Below, piece after piece: positions 11,585 to 20,617 of a stretch of 64,000 nucleotides of DNA; within the stretch, counting starts at the first letter, position 1, and each line of letters begins with the position of its first letter. Source of the stretch: a virus; IMG/VR virus record IMGVR_UViG_3300029349_000001, positions 32,001-96,000 of that record; one strand, written 5' to 3'. The position numbers and the translations under genes were made by a program. A model generated the notes under the pieces. That model had not been told where the DNA came from, ran no database searches, and saw nothing but the letters and a program-made list of their open reading frames with translations.

Positions 11585-14500
11585 ATGCCAATAACTATAA
11601 ATAAGCAATATCAATTTATTAAATTTTTAGGATCTTCTAATCTAAGTCTCAATAGTTTATCTGGTTCTATTACTAATCAAATTGCTATAATTTATGGTAT
11701 TTCCGCAGATGGTTCTTCATATTTATCATGGAGCAACAGTGCTTTTTCTAGTTTACAAAATCTAGAAACTTATAAGACATATCTAATTGTTAGCAATAGT
11801 GCAAATCCTAATTATACTCTATATTCAGGCAGTGAAGTAGTCGATGCGAGCACGAGTACAGAGATTACTACCACTAGATCAATGGAAACATATAGGGGCG
11901 CAACACCTCTGACACTAAGTAGTGCTAGTTTTAAAAATAATATTTTGTTGATATATGGTATTTCTAGTGATGGCTTAGGTTTCGTATCTTATAGTCCATC
12001 GTCTCAATTTAATAGTTTAACAACACTACAACCAGATGTTGGATATGAGTTTGTTACCAACGGCACTCCTTTTACACTGTGGTTGGCTCCTGGAGCATCT
12101 CCCACCCCAACGCCAACCCTCACAGCAACACCAACACTAACGCCGACCAATACCCCAACAAGAACTCTTACCCCAACACCTACTTTAACAGCAACTGTTA
12201 CTGCCACACCAACGCTCACACCATCATTAACGCAAACCAATACGCCCACACGCACACTCACTCCTACTCCTACGCTTTCTCCCACTCCAACGAGTAGTCC
12301 TCTATTAAGTCCTAATTTTGCTAATTATAATAATCAATCTATTTTTAAAGGACTAGCTAATAGTAGTACTGTTGGTACTAACGGAGCAAAAAGCTCGTAT
12401 GGTTGCCATGACATGAGTGGAAATGTTTCGGAGTGGGTTGGTCAAGCCACCGATGTTTGTTTAAGAGGCGGTAATTTTTCGTCTTCTTCAAATGATATTT
12501 CAAAATACGGTAGATTAGTAGTAGCCGCTACCGTATCTGATCCAGCCACGGGCTTTAGAATTGCTACGTCTGGCACAAATGGCGACCACCTATCACTAGG
12601 TAATTTCATTACTATTGGAAATACTAATAACGTATCTGATCCTGATACGAGTTATGGCGCTGTGGCATATTCTTATCGCATATCTAAATTTCAGGTTACC
12701 AATGATGAATATTGTGCTTTCTTAAATAGTCAAGCAAAATTAGATACAAAAGCATTATATAATTCTTTAATGAGTAACGATGCGGAAAGAGGAGGTATAT
12801 TGAGAGGTGGATCACCAGGATCCTATTACTATGTAAGCAAAATGCATCATGGTAATAAACCAGTTAATTATGTTAATTGGATAGATTGTGCCAGATACTG
12901 TAATTGGATACATAATGGAGCAACAGACACTAGCGATACAGAAAATGGAGCATATACCATCAATCCGTTGGGAGCTGTGGCAAGAAACACAGGCGCTAAA
13001 TACTGGATACCTCTAGAAAATGAATGGTATAAGGCAGCTTTCTATGATCCAGCCTCTACCAGTTACTATTTATATAGCACACAAAATAATAGCACACCAA
13101 CAGCAGCATCTCTTAACACTAATGGAGATGGGCCATTTTCTCCATCTTCAGCTTTTGATGATGGACAAATACTTATTGCTGATACAACCAAGATGGTGGT
13201 ACTAGATACTAATAATCCTAGTAGTAATATTGTAAATATATCAGATATTAATACCACTCCACATAGTCTAACAGTTGGTCCGTTTAGAGATGATGCTTTT
13301 ATCTCTAATTCCGCCGGTCTTATAGATGTGGTGAGCCTAACTGCACAAAATCCTAGTGGCTGGGCCAAGGTTTTATCTTTAGCGGCTGGATCTGACGCTA
13401 GAAAAATATTAGTTAGTTCTGACGGATCAAGATTATATTGTTTAAATTATAATGATAGAACTATTACCGTATATGACCTACTCGGATCCCCTAGGTATGC
13501 TACAAGACTCATTATGGATTATCGCGGTTCGGGCATAGTATACGACTTTTGCAATGGAGAAAATGCAGACACAATCTATGTAGCCTGCTCTAACGGATAT
13601 GTAGTCAGAACCACTATTACTGGATCTTCTTATAATAATAATATTTATTATTACTATCATGGTTTTATTAACCAGCCAGTATCAATGACTTTCTTACAAA
13701 ATCAAATATATGTAGCCTTGGTTGATGGTGCTACTACTATTAAAACCCGCAATATAAATAATGGCGCAGAAGCGACTATTAGTATTGTTGGATTAAGTAA
13801 TTTTGGACAGGCTTCTACAGTGACTGTTGTTAGATTGGCTTTATACAATGATCCTTATAACAAATATTTAGTTTTGACAGGAGAAATATCTAATCTTAAT
13901 AGAGGAGTTATATATTATTATAATCCCCTATATAACAGACAAATGTCTATCAGTTATACCGATACTGTATCAACAATCGGTATTTATACCAATATTGCAC
14001 AAAATAAAGACTATGCATATTTATTTGCCGGTAATAGATTGCTAACTTTTGATTCAACTAATAAATATTTTAGAACCTCGGTCGTTGTATCTCCCACTTT
14101 CAATAGTTCTATTATTAGAGATGTTGAGTTTAGAAGCAATACCGCGATACCAGCACCGTCTCCTTCTCCAACACCAACTAATACTACTACTCCAACCAGA
14201 ACACCCACTAATACGCCAACAGTCACCCCAACCAACACTGTTACCCCTACATTCACTTCTACCCCAACACCAACTCCAACACAAGAACCTCCTGTAGTAT
14301 ATTCTAACTCTATGGTGGCGGCTGTGGGTGCTAACGATGTGGGCCAATTAGGAGACGGCACTTATGGTTCATCCAAGGTCTTTAAGCATATAACTGCCCC
14401 ATCAGGAAATGTATTTAATTATAATGTAAGAGCTAGTTCTTTAGGTAGTCATAATCTCATTATTGATTCCAGCAATAGACTTTGGGGATGGGGTAATAAC

Positions 14501-15388
14501 GATAGGGGTCAAGTTGGTCCGTCAGCATGGACTAGTGTGGCTCCTTCTGGTAGTGGTTTGAATACCAATCCTTCTACTATGGCATATGATACAGTTAGTA
14601 ATAGGTATGCTATATTTGGTCTTTCAAGTAATGTTGTTAATGTTTCGACTAATGGTACCGTTTGGACAAGTGCAACTATCGGAACAGCTCCTCCATCTTT
14701 AAATTGGACAACATCTATCGGATGGAATAACAATACTTCCACAGGTGGAGGATCTCCACAAACTAATCAATACTCTATCTTTGCATTAGCTAATAACTCC
14801 AATATTCTTGCAGCATATAGCAATTCAAATAATACCTGGGTATCACCCAGCTTGTCTGTTACAAGAAATTGGACCGCTATGGTACAATCAAGAAATAAGA
14901 TTTTAGCTTTTGCTAGCAATAGCAACAATGTATTTACTATAGTTCCCGGAGCAAATAATACTATTACAACATCTGACGTAAGCCTAGGCTTAGGGTCTTT
15001 AAATGTGTTCTGGAAAACTGCGGCTGTTAATAGTAATGGCTCTACTATACTAGCAATTGGGTACGATTCAAGAACCATTGTTCGTAGTACTGATAGTGGC
15101 GCTTCTTGGTCGCAGGCTGGTGTTTCTTTACCTTTAGTTGCCAAATGGGAGAAGATTATTTGTTCTAACAACAGATGGATCTTAATCGCTTCTGATCAGG
15201 ATAGTGTATATACTAGTGATGATAATGGATCTAATTGGACAGCTCGCTCAACCAGCAGCACCAACCCGTCTTGGACTCAAATATCAGTCTATAATAATAC
15301 CATTATTTTAGTTGGATTAAATAATAACTATTACTTAACAAGTACTGATAATGGCACATCTTGGAAAAAACGATTCTTAGGCGTATAA
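11585..15388 (+). CDS. Multidomain adhesin/fibre: permuted FGE-sulfatase-like domain, beta-propeller, two RCC1 repeats, BNR-like repeats
   Basis: DMSGNVSEW/LRGG/GFRIA and VTNDEY/ENEWYKAA motifs; GANDVGQLG and GNNDRGQVG; S.D.G..W repeats; PT tracts. Confidence 0.7.
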   Translation: MPITINKQYQFIKFLGSSNLSLNSLSGSITNQIAIIYGISADGSSYLSWSNSAFSSLQNLETYKTYLIVSNSANPNYTLYSGSEVVDASTSTEITTTRSMETYRGATPLTLSSASFKNNILLIYGISSDGLGFVSYSPSSQFNSLTTLQPDVGYEFVTNGTPFTLWLAPGASPTPTPTLTATPTLTPTNTPTRTLTPTPTLTATVTATPTLTPSLTQTNTPTRTLTPTPTLSPTPTSSPLLSPNFANYNNQSIFKGLANSSTVGTNGAKSSYGCHDMSGNVSEWVGQATDVCLRGGNFSSSSNDISKYGRLVVAATVSDPATGFRIATSGTNGDHLSLGNFITIGNTNNVSDPDTSYGAVAYSYRISKFQVTNDEYCAFLNSQAKLDTKALYNSLMSNDAERGGILRGGSPGSYYYVSKMHHGNKPVNYVNWIDCARYCNWIHNGATDTSDTENGAYTINPLGAVARNTGAKYWIPLENEWYKAAFYDPASTSYYLYSTQNNSTPTAASLNTNGDGPFSPSSAFDDGQILIADTTKMVVLDTNNPSSNIVNISDINTTPHSLTVGPFRDDAFISNSAGLIDVVSLTAQNPSGWAKVLSLAAGSDARKILVSSDGSRLYCLNYNDRTITVYDLLGSPRYATRLIMDYRGSGIVYDFCNGENADTIYVACSNGYVVRTTITGSSYNNNIYYYYHGFINQPVSMTFLQNQIYVALVDGATTIKTRNINNGAEATISIVGLSNFGQASTVTVVRLALYNDPYNKYLVLTGEISNLNRGVIYYYNPLYNRQMSISYTDTVSTIGIYTNIAQNKDYAYLFAGNRLLTFDSTNKYFRTSVVVSPTFNSSIIRDVEFRSNTAIPAPSPSPTPTNTTTPTRTPTNTPTVTPTNTVTPTFTSTPTPTPTQEPPVVYSNSMVAAVGANDVGQLGDGTYGSSKVFKHITAPSGNVFNYNVRASSLGSHNLIIDSSNRLWGWGNNDRGQVGPSAWTSVAPSGSGLNTNPSTMAYDTVSNRYAIFGLSSNVVNVSTNGTVWTSATIGTAPPSLNWTTSIGWNNNTSTGGGSPQTNQYSIFALANNSNILAAYSNSNNTWVSPSLSVTRNWTAMVQSRNKILAFASNSNNVFTIVPGANNTITTSDVSLGLGSLNVFWKTAAVNSNGSTILAIGYDSRTIVRSTDSGASWSQAGVSLPLVAKWEKIICSNNRWILIASDQDSVYTSDDNGSNWTARSTSSTNPSWTQISVYNNTIILVGLNNNYYLTSTDNGTSWKKRFLGV

Positions 15389-15398
15389 TATAAGTATA
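15380..15398 (+). promoter_or_regulatory. Putative late-promoter motif variant overlapping the stop of 11585
   Basis: GGCGTATAATATAAGTATA followed by AAGGA RBS. Confidence 0.4.
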
Positions 15399-15414
15399 AT
15401 ATCAAGGATACATT

Positions 15415-18400
15415 ATGGCTAATTTTAGAAATCTTATCACAGGAAATGGTATACTTCTAGGACTGTCTGATGATAATCAGATGTATGTTTTAGGGGATAA
15501 TGCTAATAAAAATACAGTATCCAGAATCGGTAATGATGGTCCACTATACGCCGCCGGATGGAAATCAGCATCGGTTAACGCCAAGCATTCCGCAGCTATT
15601 ACCAATAATGGACAACTATATGTATGGGGAGACAACTCCTATGGTCAATTAGGCATAGGAGGATCAGTAGCGTCTTCTATGGATCCTATATTATTAGATA
15701 ATAGTGAATGGCTTAGTGTAAGTTGTGGAGCAAGACATACCGTAGGTATTAAAAAAGATGGATCTTTATGGGGTTGGGGATCTAATCAATTTGGTCAATT
15801 AGGACCAAACGCAGCAACTATACAATATGTACCTTATAGAATATCCGAGCCTTCTTTTAGCAACGTGGCCTTATTGTTGCACCTTAATGGTTTTGCTGGA
15901 TCAACTACGATTTCTGATAGTTCTTTATTATCTAAAAATGTTAAGATTATAGGATCTGGGAGACTATCTTCTACTCAGTCTAGGTTTGGAGGTATATCTT
16001 ATTATTATGGAGATACTGGCAGCAGTGGTATAGATGCCAACGGCTCATATGATGATCTAAAATTTGGTACTGGTGACTTTACAATAGAGGGATACTACTA
16101 CTTAAATAGTAATAGTAGCGACAACTTCTTATATGATACAAGACATCCCTGGAATGCATCAGGAGGATCTTACGCATATGTTACTAGTACTGGCGTACTT
16201 AATGTAGAAGGTCAGACCACTATTATTATGCCAACCAATCGTTGGGTTCATGTGGCTTTTAGTAGACAAAACGGTATATTAAGAACATTTTTTGATGGAG
16301 TATTAGTATATACTCAATCTTCAACCACTAACTACGATTCGGGATACTGCTATATTGGTGCTGCTGCTTACTATCCTGCTGGTGCCGCACCCTTCAGAGG
16401 TTACATAGACGAGGTAAGGGTTACTAAGGGAATTGCTAGATACGTATCAACCTTTACGGCTCCCACAATACCCTTTATGGACTCTAGCGATTCTTATTTA
16501 AAAATTGCTGCTGGTTCCTTCTTTAATTTAGCTATTAAAGCAGATAACACTCTTTGGAGTTGGGGCGATAATTCGTATGGACAATTAGGCACATCTTCTA
16601 CTGTCGCATCTAGACCAACACTTACACAAATTGGTACAGATAATAATTGGGTTGATATAGTATGTGGAGATAGTCATGCTCTAGCAGTTAAGTCCGATGG
16701 CTCTTTATATTCCTGGGGATATAATGCTTTGGGTCAGTGTGGTGTTGGTACTTCTAATGAGAGTTATAATAGTCCTATAGCTGTAACCGGGGTTCACGAT
16801 GGAGCTACTTATCGTCCAATTTTAGGCATTACTTTAGATAATGAAAAAAGAATAGCTTGTGGAAAAAATCACAGCTTTATTATCGCAAGAACAGCACTAG
16901 GAGATAATATCCTATTCGGCACTGGAGATAATAGCAACGCCCAATTAGGCACAGGAAACAATGATTCTAAAACAGTATTTACTGCCGTTGATCTTAGTAG
17001 AAGATTCATCTCTACAGATGCTGGTGTGAATCATAGTTTAGGCAAACTAGACTTACCAGAAAATCAACCAACTCCTAGTCCAACTCCCACACTAACTCCA
17101 ACACCAACAGTTACCGCAACCAATACTCCAACTGTAACACCAACTAGAACCGCTACGCCAACACTAACGGCCACTCCATCTGCAACCCCGGTTGGACCAC
17201 CACCTTCTCCGTCCCCAACTGCTACAGTATCACCCACTCCTTCTTTACCAGCTAGGGCAGGCTTTAATTGGTTTCCTATCAATATTGTTTCCAGAGCTTT
17301 TAATAGTGTAGTATACGGCGCTAAGCTCGATAGATTTATTGCTATGCCGAGAAATGGCAATATTCCAGCCATATCAGAAAATAGTACTGCCACAAGTTGG
17401 ATTGACACAAACTCCTTGCCTTCTAATATGGCTCTGCCAGAAGTTATAGATGCTAGACACTACTTGTTTTCATATGATCCTTCTTCGAGTCCAAGAGCTA
17501 ATGGTAACACGATAGCAATCTCTAAAAATGGGTTCGACTGGATTAACAATACTGTAGTAAGAACAGACTCTAATAGTTATAGTATAGTAAGCGCATCGTC
17601 TTATACTAGTTTGTCTAGTGTTGATGGACACATTGTTGCTGTGGGACCAGTTGCTAATAGTGGTAACAGAACAGCTCTTAGATATAAAAAAATTACAGTT
17701 AAGGATACTGATAATATTTCAGCCAGTATGATCCCAGAGCGAGACTTTGCTCCATTCTTAGATGCAAATAATCGTCCGATCTTAACGATAAATACAGCTA
17801 ATTATAATAATCATGTGGGCAGCGTAACAGATGTAAGATATAATGGTGGTTCTAGCGCATATGGCGCTTTCGATATGACAGGCAACGTAGATGAATGGAC
17901 AGGAACATCTGGTACCGGAGGAACATCATTCTTTACTTTGGGAGGAAACTATACTGCTAGTAATCCATCCAAAGATAATGTGACTACAACACAATCTTCG
18001 TCGTCTTCTATAGGGACAAGAGGTTTTAGACTTGCTAGTGTAACAAATCCAACTAATAATTATAGCACATTTGTGTCTGTTGGAGATATCAACAATGATT
18101 CGGATAACGGTGTGGGTTCTGTTACTTCTAATTATCGTATTGGTACATATCCTGTGACAAATTTGGAATATGTTGAATTTTTAAATGCTGTTCAGCCCAC
18201 CGGCAGCATTAGTGAATTACACAATATTCCCTCCTTAGCTGATAAAGACGTAGGAATTAAATTACCATATACGATATCTAATACTATAGAGAGTAATTCA
18301 ATCTACTCATATGGCATAGCGATTAATCCTAATACCAATAGAGCATATGTATGTAAATACTATGACAGTAGTTTACAAGTTATAGATCTTAATACTTCTA

Positions 18401-20571
18401 CGATTATAGCAACTATTAATGTTGGTAGTCAACCATGGGATGTTATATGTGATCCAGCCAACAATAGAATTTATGTTTCTGTATCCGGCGGCGCAAGAAT
18501 TAGAGTGATTGACGGAACTAATAATACTATTATAGGTAATATTACAACACAGAGTTTTCCACGCTATATGGCATTAGATAGTGCCAACAATAAATTGTAT
18601 GTGTCATTTTCTACGAATAGTTTTAGTGTGATTGATGTTACAACCATTACGACTAATATGTTGGTACAAACAACTTCTTCTGTCATCGGTACTCCATTAG
18701 GTATGGCCGTAGATTCCACTAACAATAGACTATATATTGGGTATTCTGATTCCACAGGGGCGTATATTAGGGTTGTGAATGCTTCTAATATTAATACGAT
18801 TATATCAACCATTTCTTTACAAAGCAATACGTATCCTTTTGATCTAAAGCTGAATAGCGATAGAAGTAGACTTATTGTAGCCGAAAGCAATAGCAAGTCA
18901 TTAACTATTATTAATACTACAACTAATTCTATTATTGCTAGAATACCATTATCAACTACTACAATAGCTGGCTTCTCACTAGATGCACAAAACAAGGCCT
19001 ATATTGCAGGATATGGGGACAATAGTTTAATAATAGTAGATACCAATACCTCAGCTTTGGTTGGAAAGGTTGTATTATCTAATACTAATATTAATCCACA
19101 AGACGTGGCCATTGCTAATAATAAAATATATATAGTTAATTGGGGCGATAGTAAGGTATTTACTGTAGAAGTATCTAATACCTATACGACTATACCAGGA
19201 ATGGAATATAAACCAGTATCTTATATAAATTGGTATAATGCTGCTCGTTATTCTAATTGGTTGTCAAACGGAAAACCTGTTGGAGTACAGTCCTCAACAA
19301 CAACAGAAAATGGCGCATATCAGCTCAATGGAAATACTGGAAATCCCACACTAAATACAACTAATCCCAATACAGGATCTGCTCCGGCTTATTATCTACC
19401 TTCTAGAAATCAATGGTATAAAGCAGCATACTATAAGGGTGGTAATACCAATGCTGGATATTGGCTATACGGAAACTCATCAGATACATTATCTCCAGCA
19501 TATTTATTCGGCAATAGTCTAGAGAATCTACCAGCCGCCAGTAGTGTTGTCAAAGTTAGAAAAGACGGACTAGTGGTGGTTGCTGGACAAGGATTCGTGT
19601 TGATGTCTAACATGGTTCCAAATACTGTACCAAACTGGAATTATTATCCTCTTACACAACTAACTGAACCTACAGACATATTATTTGGGGATAATAACAG
19701 AATCGTTATTCTACAAAGCACACTCGGAGTCGTATCTGCTAATAATAGATACTATTATAGTGACGCTGTAAATTACTCCAATAGTTATCCTTCTGTTAGT
19801 TGGACAATAGGAAATCTGCCCGCGACAACCCTAACTACATCTGTTGGAGCATCCGCTTATGACAATGGTGTGTTTGTGGTCATACCTCTTTCTGCTTCAT
19901 TATCTTCGTCTTCTTTTGTTTCTTCTGATGGTATTAATTGGAATACTATTTCTTCTAGTGTGCTATCTAATAAGATATGGAGAGGCTTAGCTAGTAAGAG
20001 TAATCTATTTGTAGCGGTTGGAGACAATTCACCACTAGCTGCTATTAGCTATAGTGATATCAGAACCACACCAACCCCCACAGCAACGCCCACAGTTACT
20101 CCATCAAATCTAGGTATCGTAATTACACAACAACCGAAAAATGTTGATATAGTTCTCGTGGCAGATAATAATGCTGGAGGTGTCGCGGTCTTTAATGTTA
20201 CCGCTAGTTCTAGATCTCCAATTGCATATCAGTGGTATGAGTCTGTTAGTAATGGGCCGTTTACCGCTATTCCAAATGCTACGCTCAATAGTTTATCTAT
20301 CAATAATATTACTAGTAGTAAGCATGGTAATAGATATTATGTTAAATTAACATCTGGTACTATTGTAGTAGATAGTAGTATCGCAACCCTAAATGTATTC
20401 ACAAATTCACCCATTACTATTCTACAACAACCTAGTAATACCACTGCGGTTAGTGCTGCGGCATCTTTTACCGTATTGGCCACTATCAACTATCCTTCAC
20501 CAACCCCTACAATAACAGCTACTAGTACTCCAACGCCGACCCCAACAGTTACCCCTTCTAGGTCTGTATGA
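15415..20571 (+). CDS. Multidomain adhesin/fibre: RCC1 repeats, LamG, permuted FGE-like domain, YVTN propeller, Ig-like domains
   Basis: Five GxNxx(G/A)Q(L/C)G RCC1 repeats; LamG WVHVAF...GYIDEVRVTKG; YVTN-like NVGSQPWDV...RIYVS; ITQQP/YQW Ig motifs. Confidence 0.72.
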   Translation: MANFRNLITGNGILLGLSDDNQMYVLGDNANKNTVSRIGNDGPLYAAGWKSASVNAKHSAAITNNGQLYVWGDNSYGQLGIGGSVASSMDPILLDNSEWLSVSCGARHTVGIKKDGSLWGWGSNQFGQLGPNAATIQYVPYRISEPSFSNVALLLHLNGFAGSTTISDSSLLSKNVKIIGSGRLSSTQSRFGGISYYYGDTGSSGIDANGSYDDLKFGTGDFTIEGYYYLNSNSSDNFLYDTRHPWNASGGSYAYVTSTGVLNVEGQTTIIMPTNRWVHVAFSRQNGILRTFFDGVLVYTQSSTTNYDSGYCYIGAAAYYPAGAAPFRGYIDEVRVTKGIARYVSTFTAPTIPFMDSSDSYLKIAAGSFFNLAIKADNTLWSWGDNSYGQLGTSSTVASRPTLTQIGTDNNWVDIVCGDSHALAVKSDGSLYSWGYNALGQCGVGTSNESYNSPIAVTGVHDGATYRPILGITLDNEKRIACGKNHSFIIARTALGDNILFGTGDNSNAQLGTGNNDSKTVFTAVDLSRRFISTDAGVNHSLGKLDLPENQPTPSPTPTLTPTPTVTATNTPTVTPTRTATPTLTATPSATPVGPPPSPSPTATVSPTPSLPARAGFNWFPINIVSRAFNSVVYGAKLDRFIAMPRNGNIPAISENSTATSWIDTNSLPSNMALPEVIDARHYLFSYDPSSSPRANGNTIAISKNGFDWINNTVVRTDSNSYSIVSASSYTSLSSVDGHIVAVGPVANSGNRTALRYKKITVKDTDNISASMIPERDFAPFLDANNRPILTINTANYNNHVGSVTDVRYNGGSSAYGAFDMTGNVDEWTGTSGTGGTSFFTLGGNYTASNPSKDNVTTTQSSSSSIGTRGFRLASVTNPTNNYSTFVSVGDINNDSDNGVGSVTSNYRIGTYPVTNLEYVEFLNAVQPTGSISELHNIPSLADKDVGIKLPYTISNTIESNSIYSYGIAINPNTNRAYVCKYYDSSLQVIDLNTSTIIATINVGSQPWDVICDPANNRIYVSVSGGARIRVIDGTNNTIIGNITTQSFPRYMALDSANNKLYVSFSTNSFSVIDVTTITTNMLVQTTSSVIGTPLGMAVDSTNNRLYIGYSDSTGAYIRVVNASNINTIISTISLQSNTYPFDLKLNSDRSRLIVAESNSKSLTIINTTTNSIIARIPLSTTTIAGFSLDAQNKAYIAGYGDNSLIIVDTNTSALVGKVVLSNTNINPQDVAIANNKIYIVNWGDSKVFTVEVSNTYTTIPGMEYKPVSYINWYNAARYSNWLSNGKPVGVQSSTTTENGAYQLNGNTGNPTLNTTNPNTGSAPAYYLPSRNQWYKAAYYKGGNTNAGYWLYGNSSDTLSPAYLFGNSLENLPAASSVVKVRKDGLVVVAGQGFVLMSNMVPNTVPNWNYYPLTQLTEPTDILFGDNNRIVILQSTLGVVSANNRYYYSDAVNYSNSYPSVSWTIGNLPATTLTTSVGASAYDNGVFVVIPLSASLSSSSFVSSDGINWNTISSSVLSNKIWRGLASKSNLFVAVGDNSPLAAISYSDIRTTPTPTATPTVTPSNLGIVITQQPKNVDIVLVADNNAGGVAVFNVTASSRSPIAYQWYESVSNGPFTAIPNATLNSLSINNITSSKHGNRYYVKLTSGTIVVDSSIATLNVFTNSPITILQQPSNTTAVSAAASFTVLATINYPSPTPTITATSTPTPTPTVTPSRSV

Positions 20572-20573
20572 AT

Positions 20574-20591
20574 GGTGTAATTACTAATATA
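20574..20591 (+). promoter_or_regulatory. Putative late-promoter motif
   Basis: GGTGTAATTACTAATATA just after the stop of 15415. Confidence 0.55.
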
Positions 20592-20617
20592 ATTCATTTT
20601 AAATTAAAGGCTAAACT

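Noticed and set aside
15383-15414. Ribosomal hop joining 11585 to 15415 via the repeated GTA codon
   Set aside because: The matching GTA at 15394 is in the downstream frame but is itself followed by TAA; an RBS and ATG are present
12311-19485. Diversity-generating retroelement targeting the CLec/FGE-like domains
   Set aside because: No reverse transcriptase and no near-identical TR/VR pair differing at adenines seen in the window
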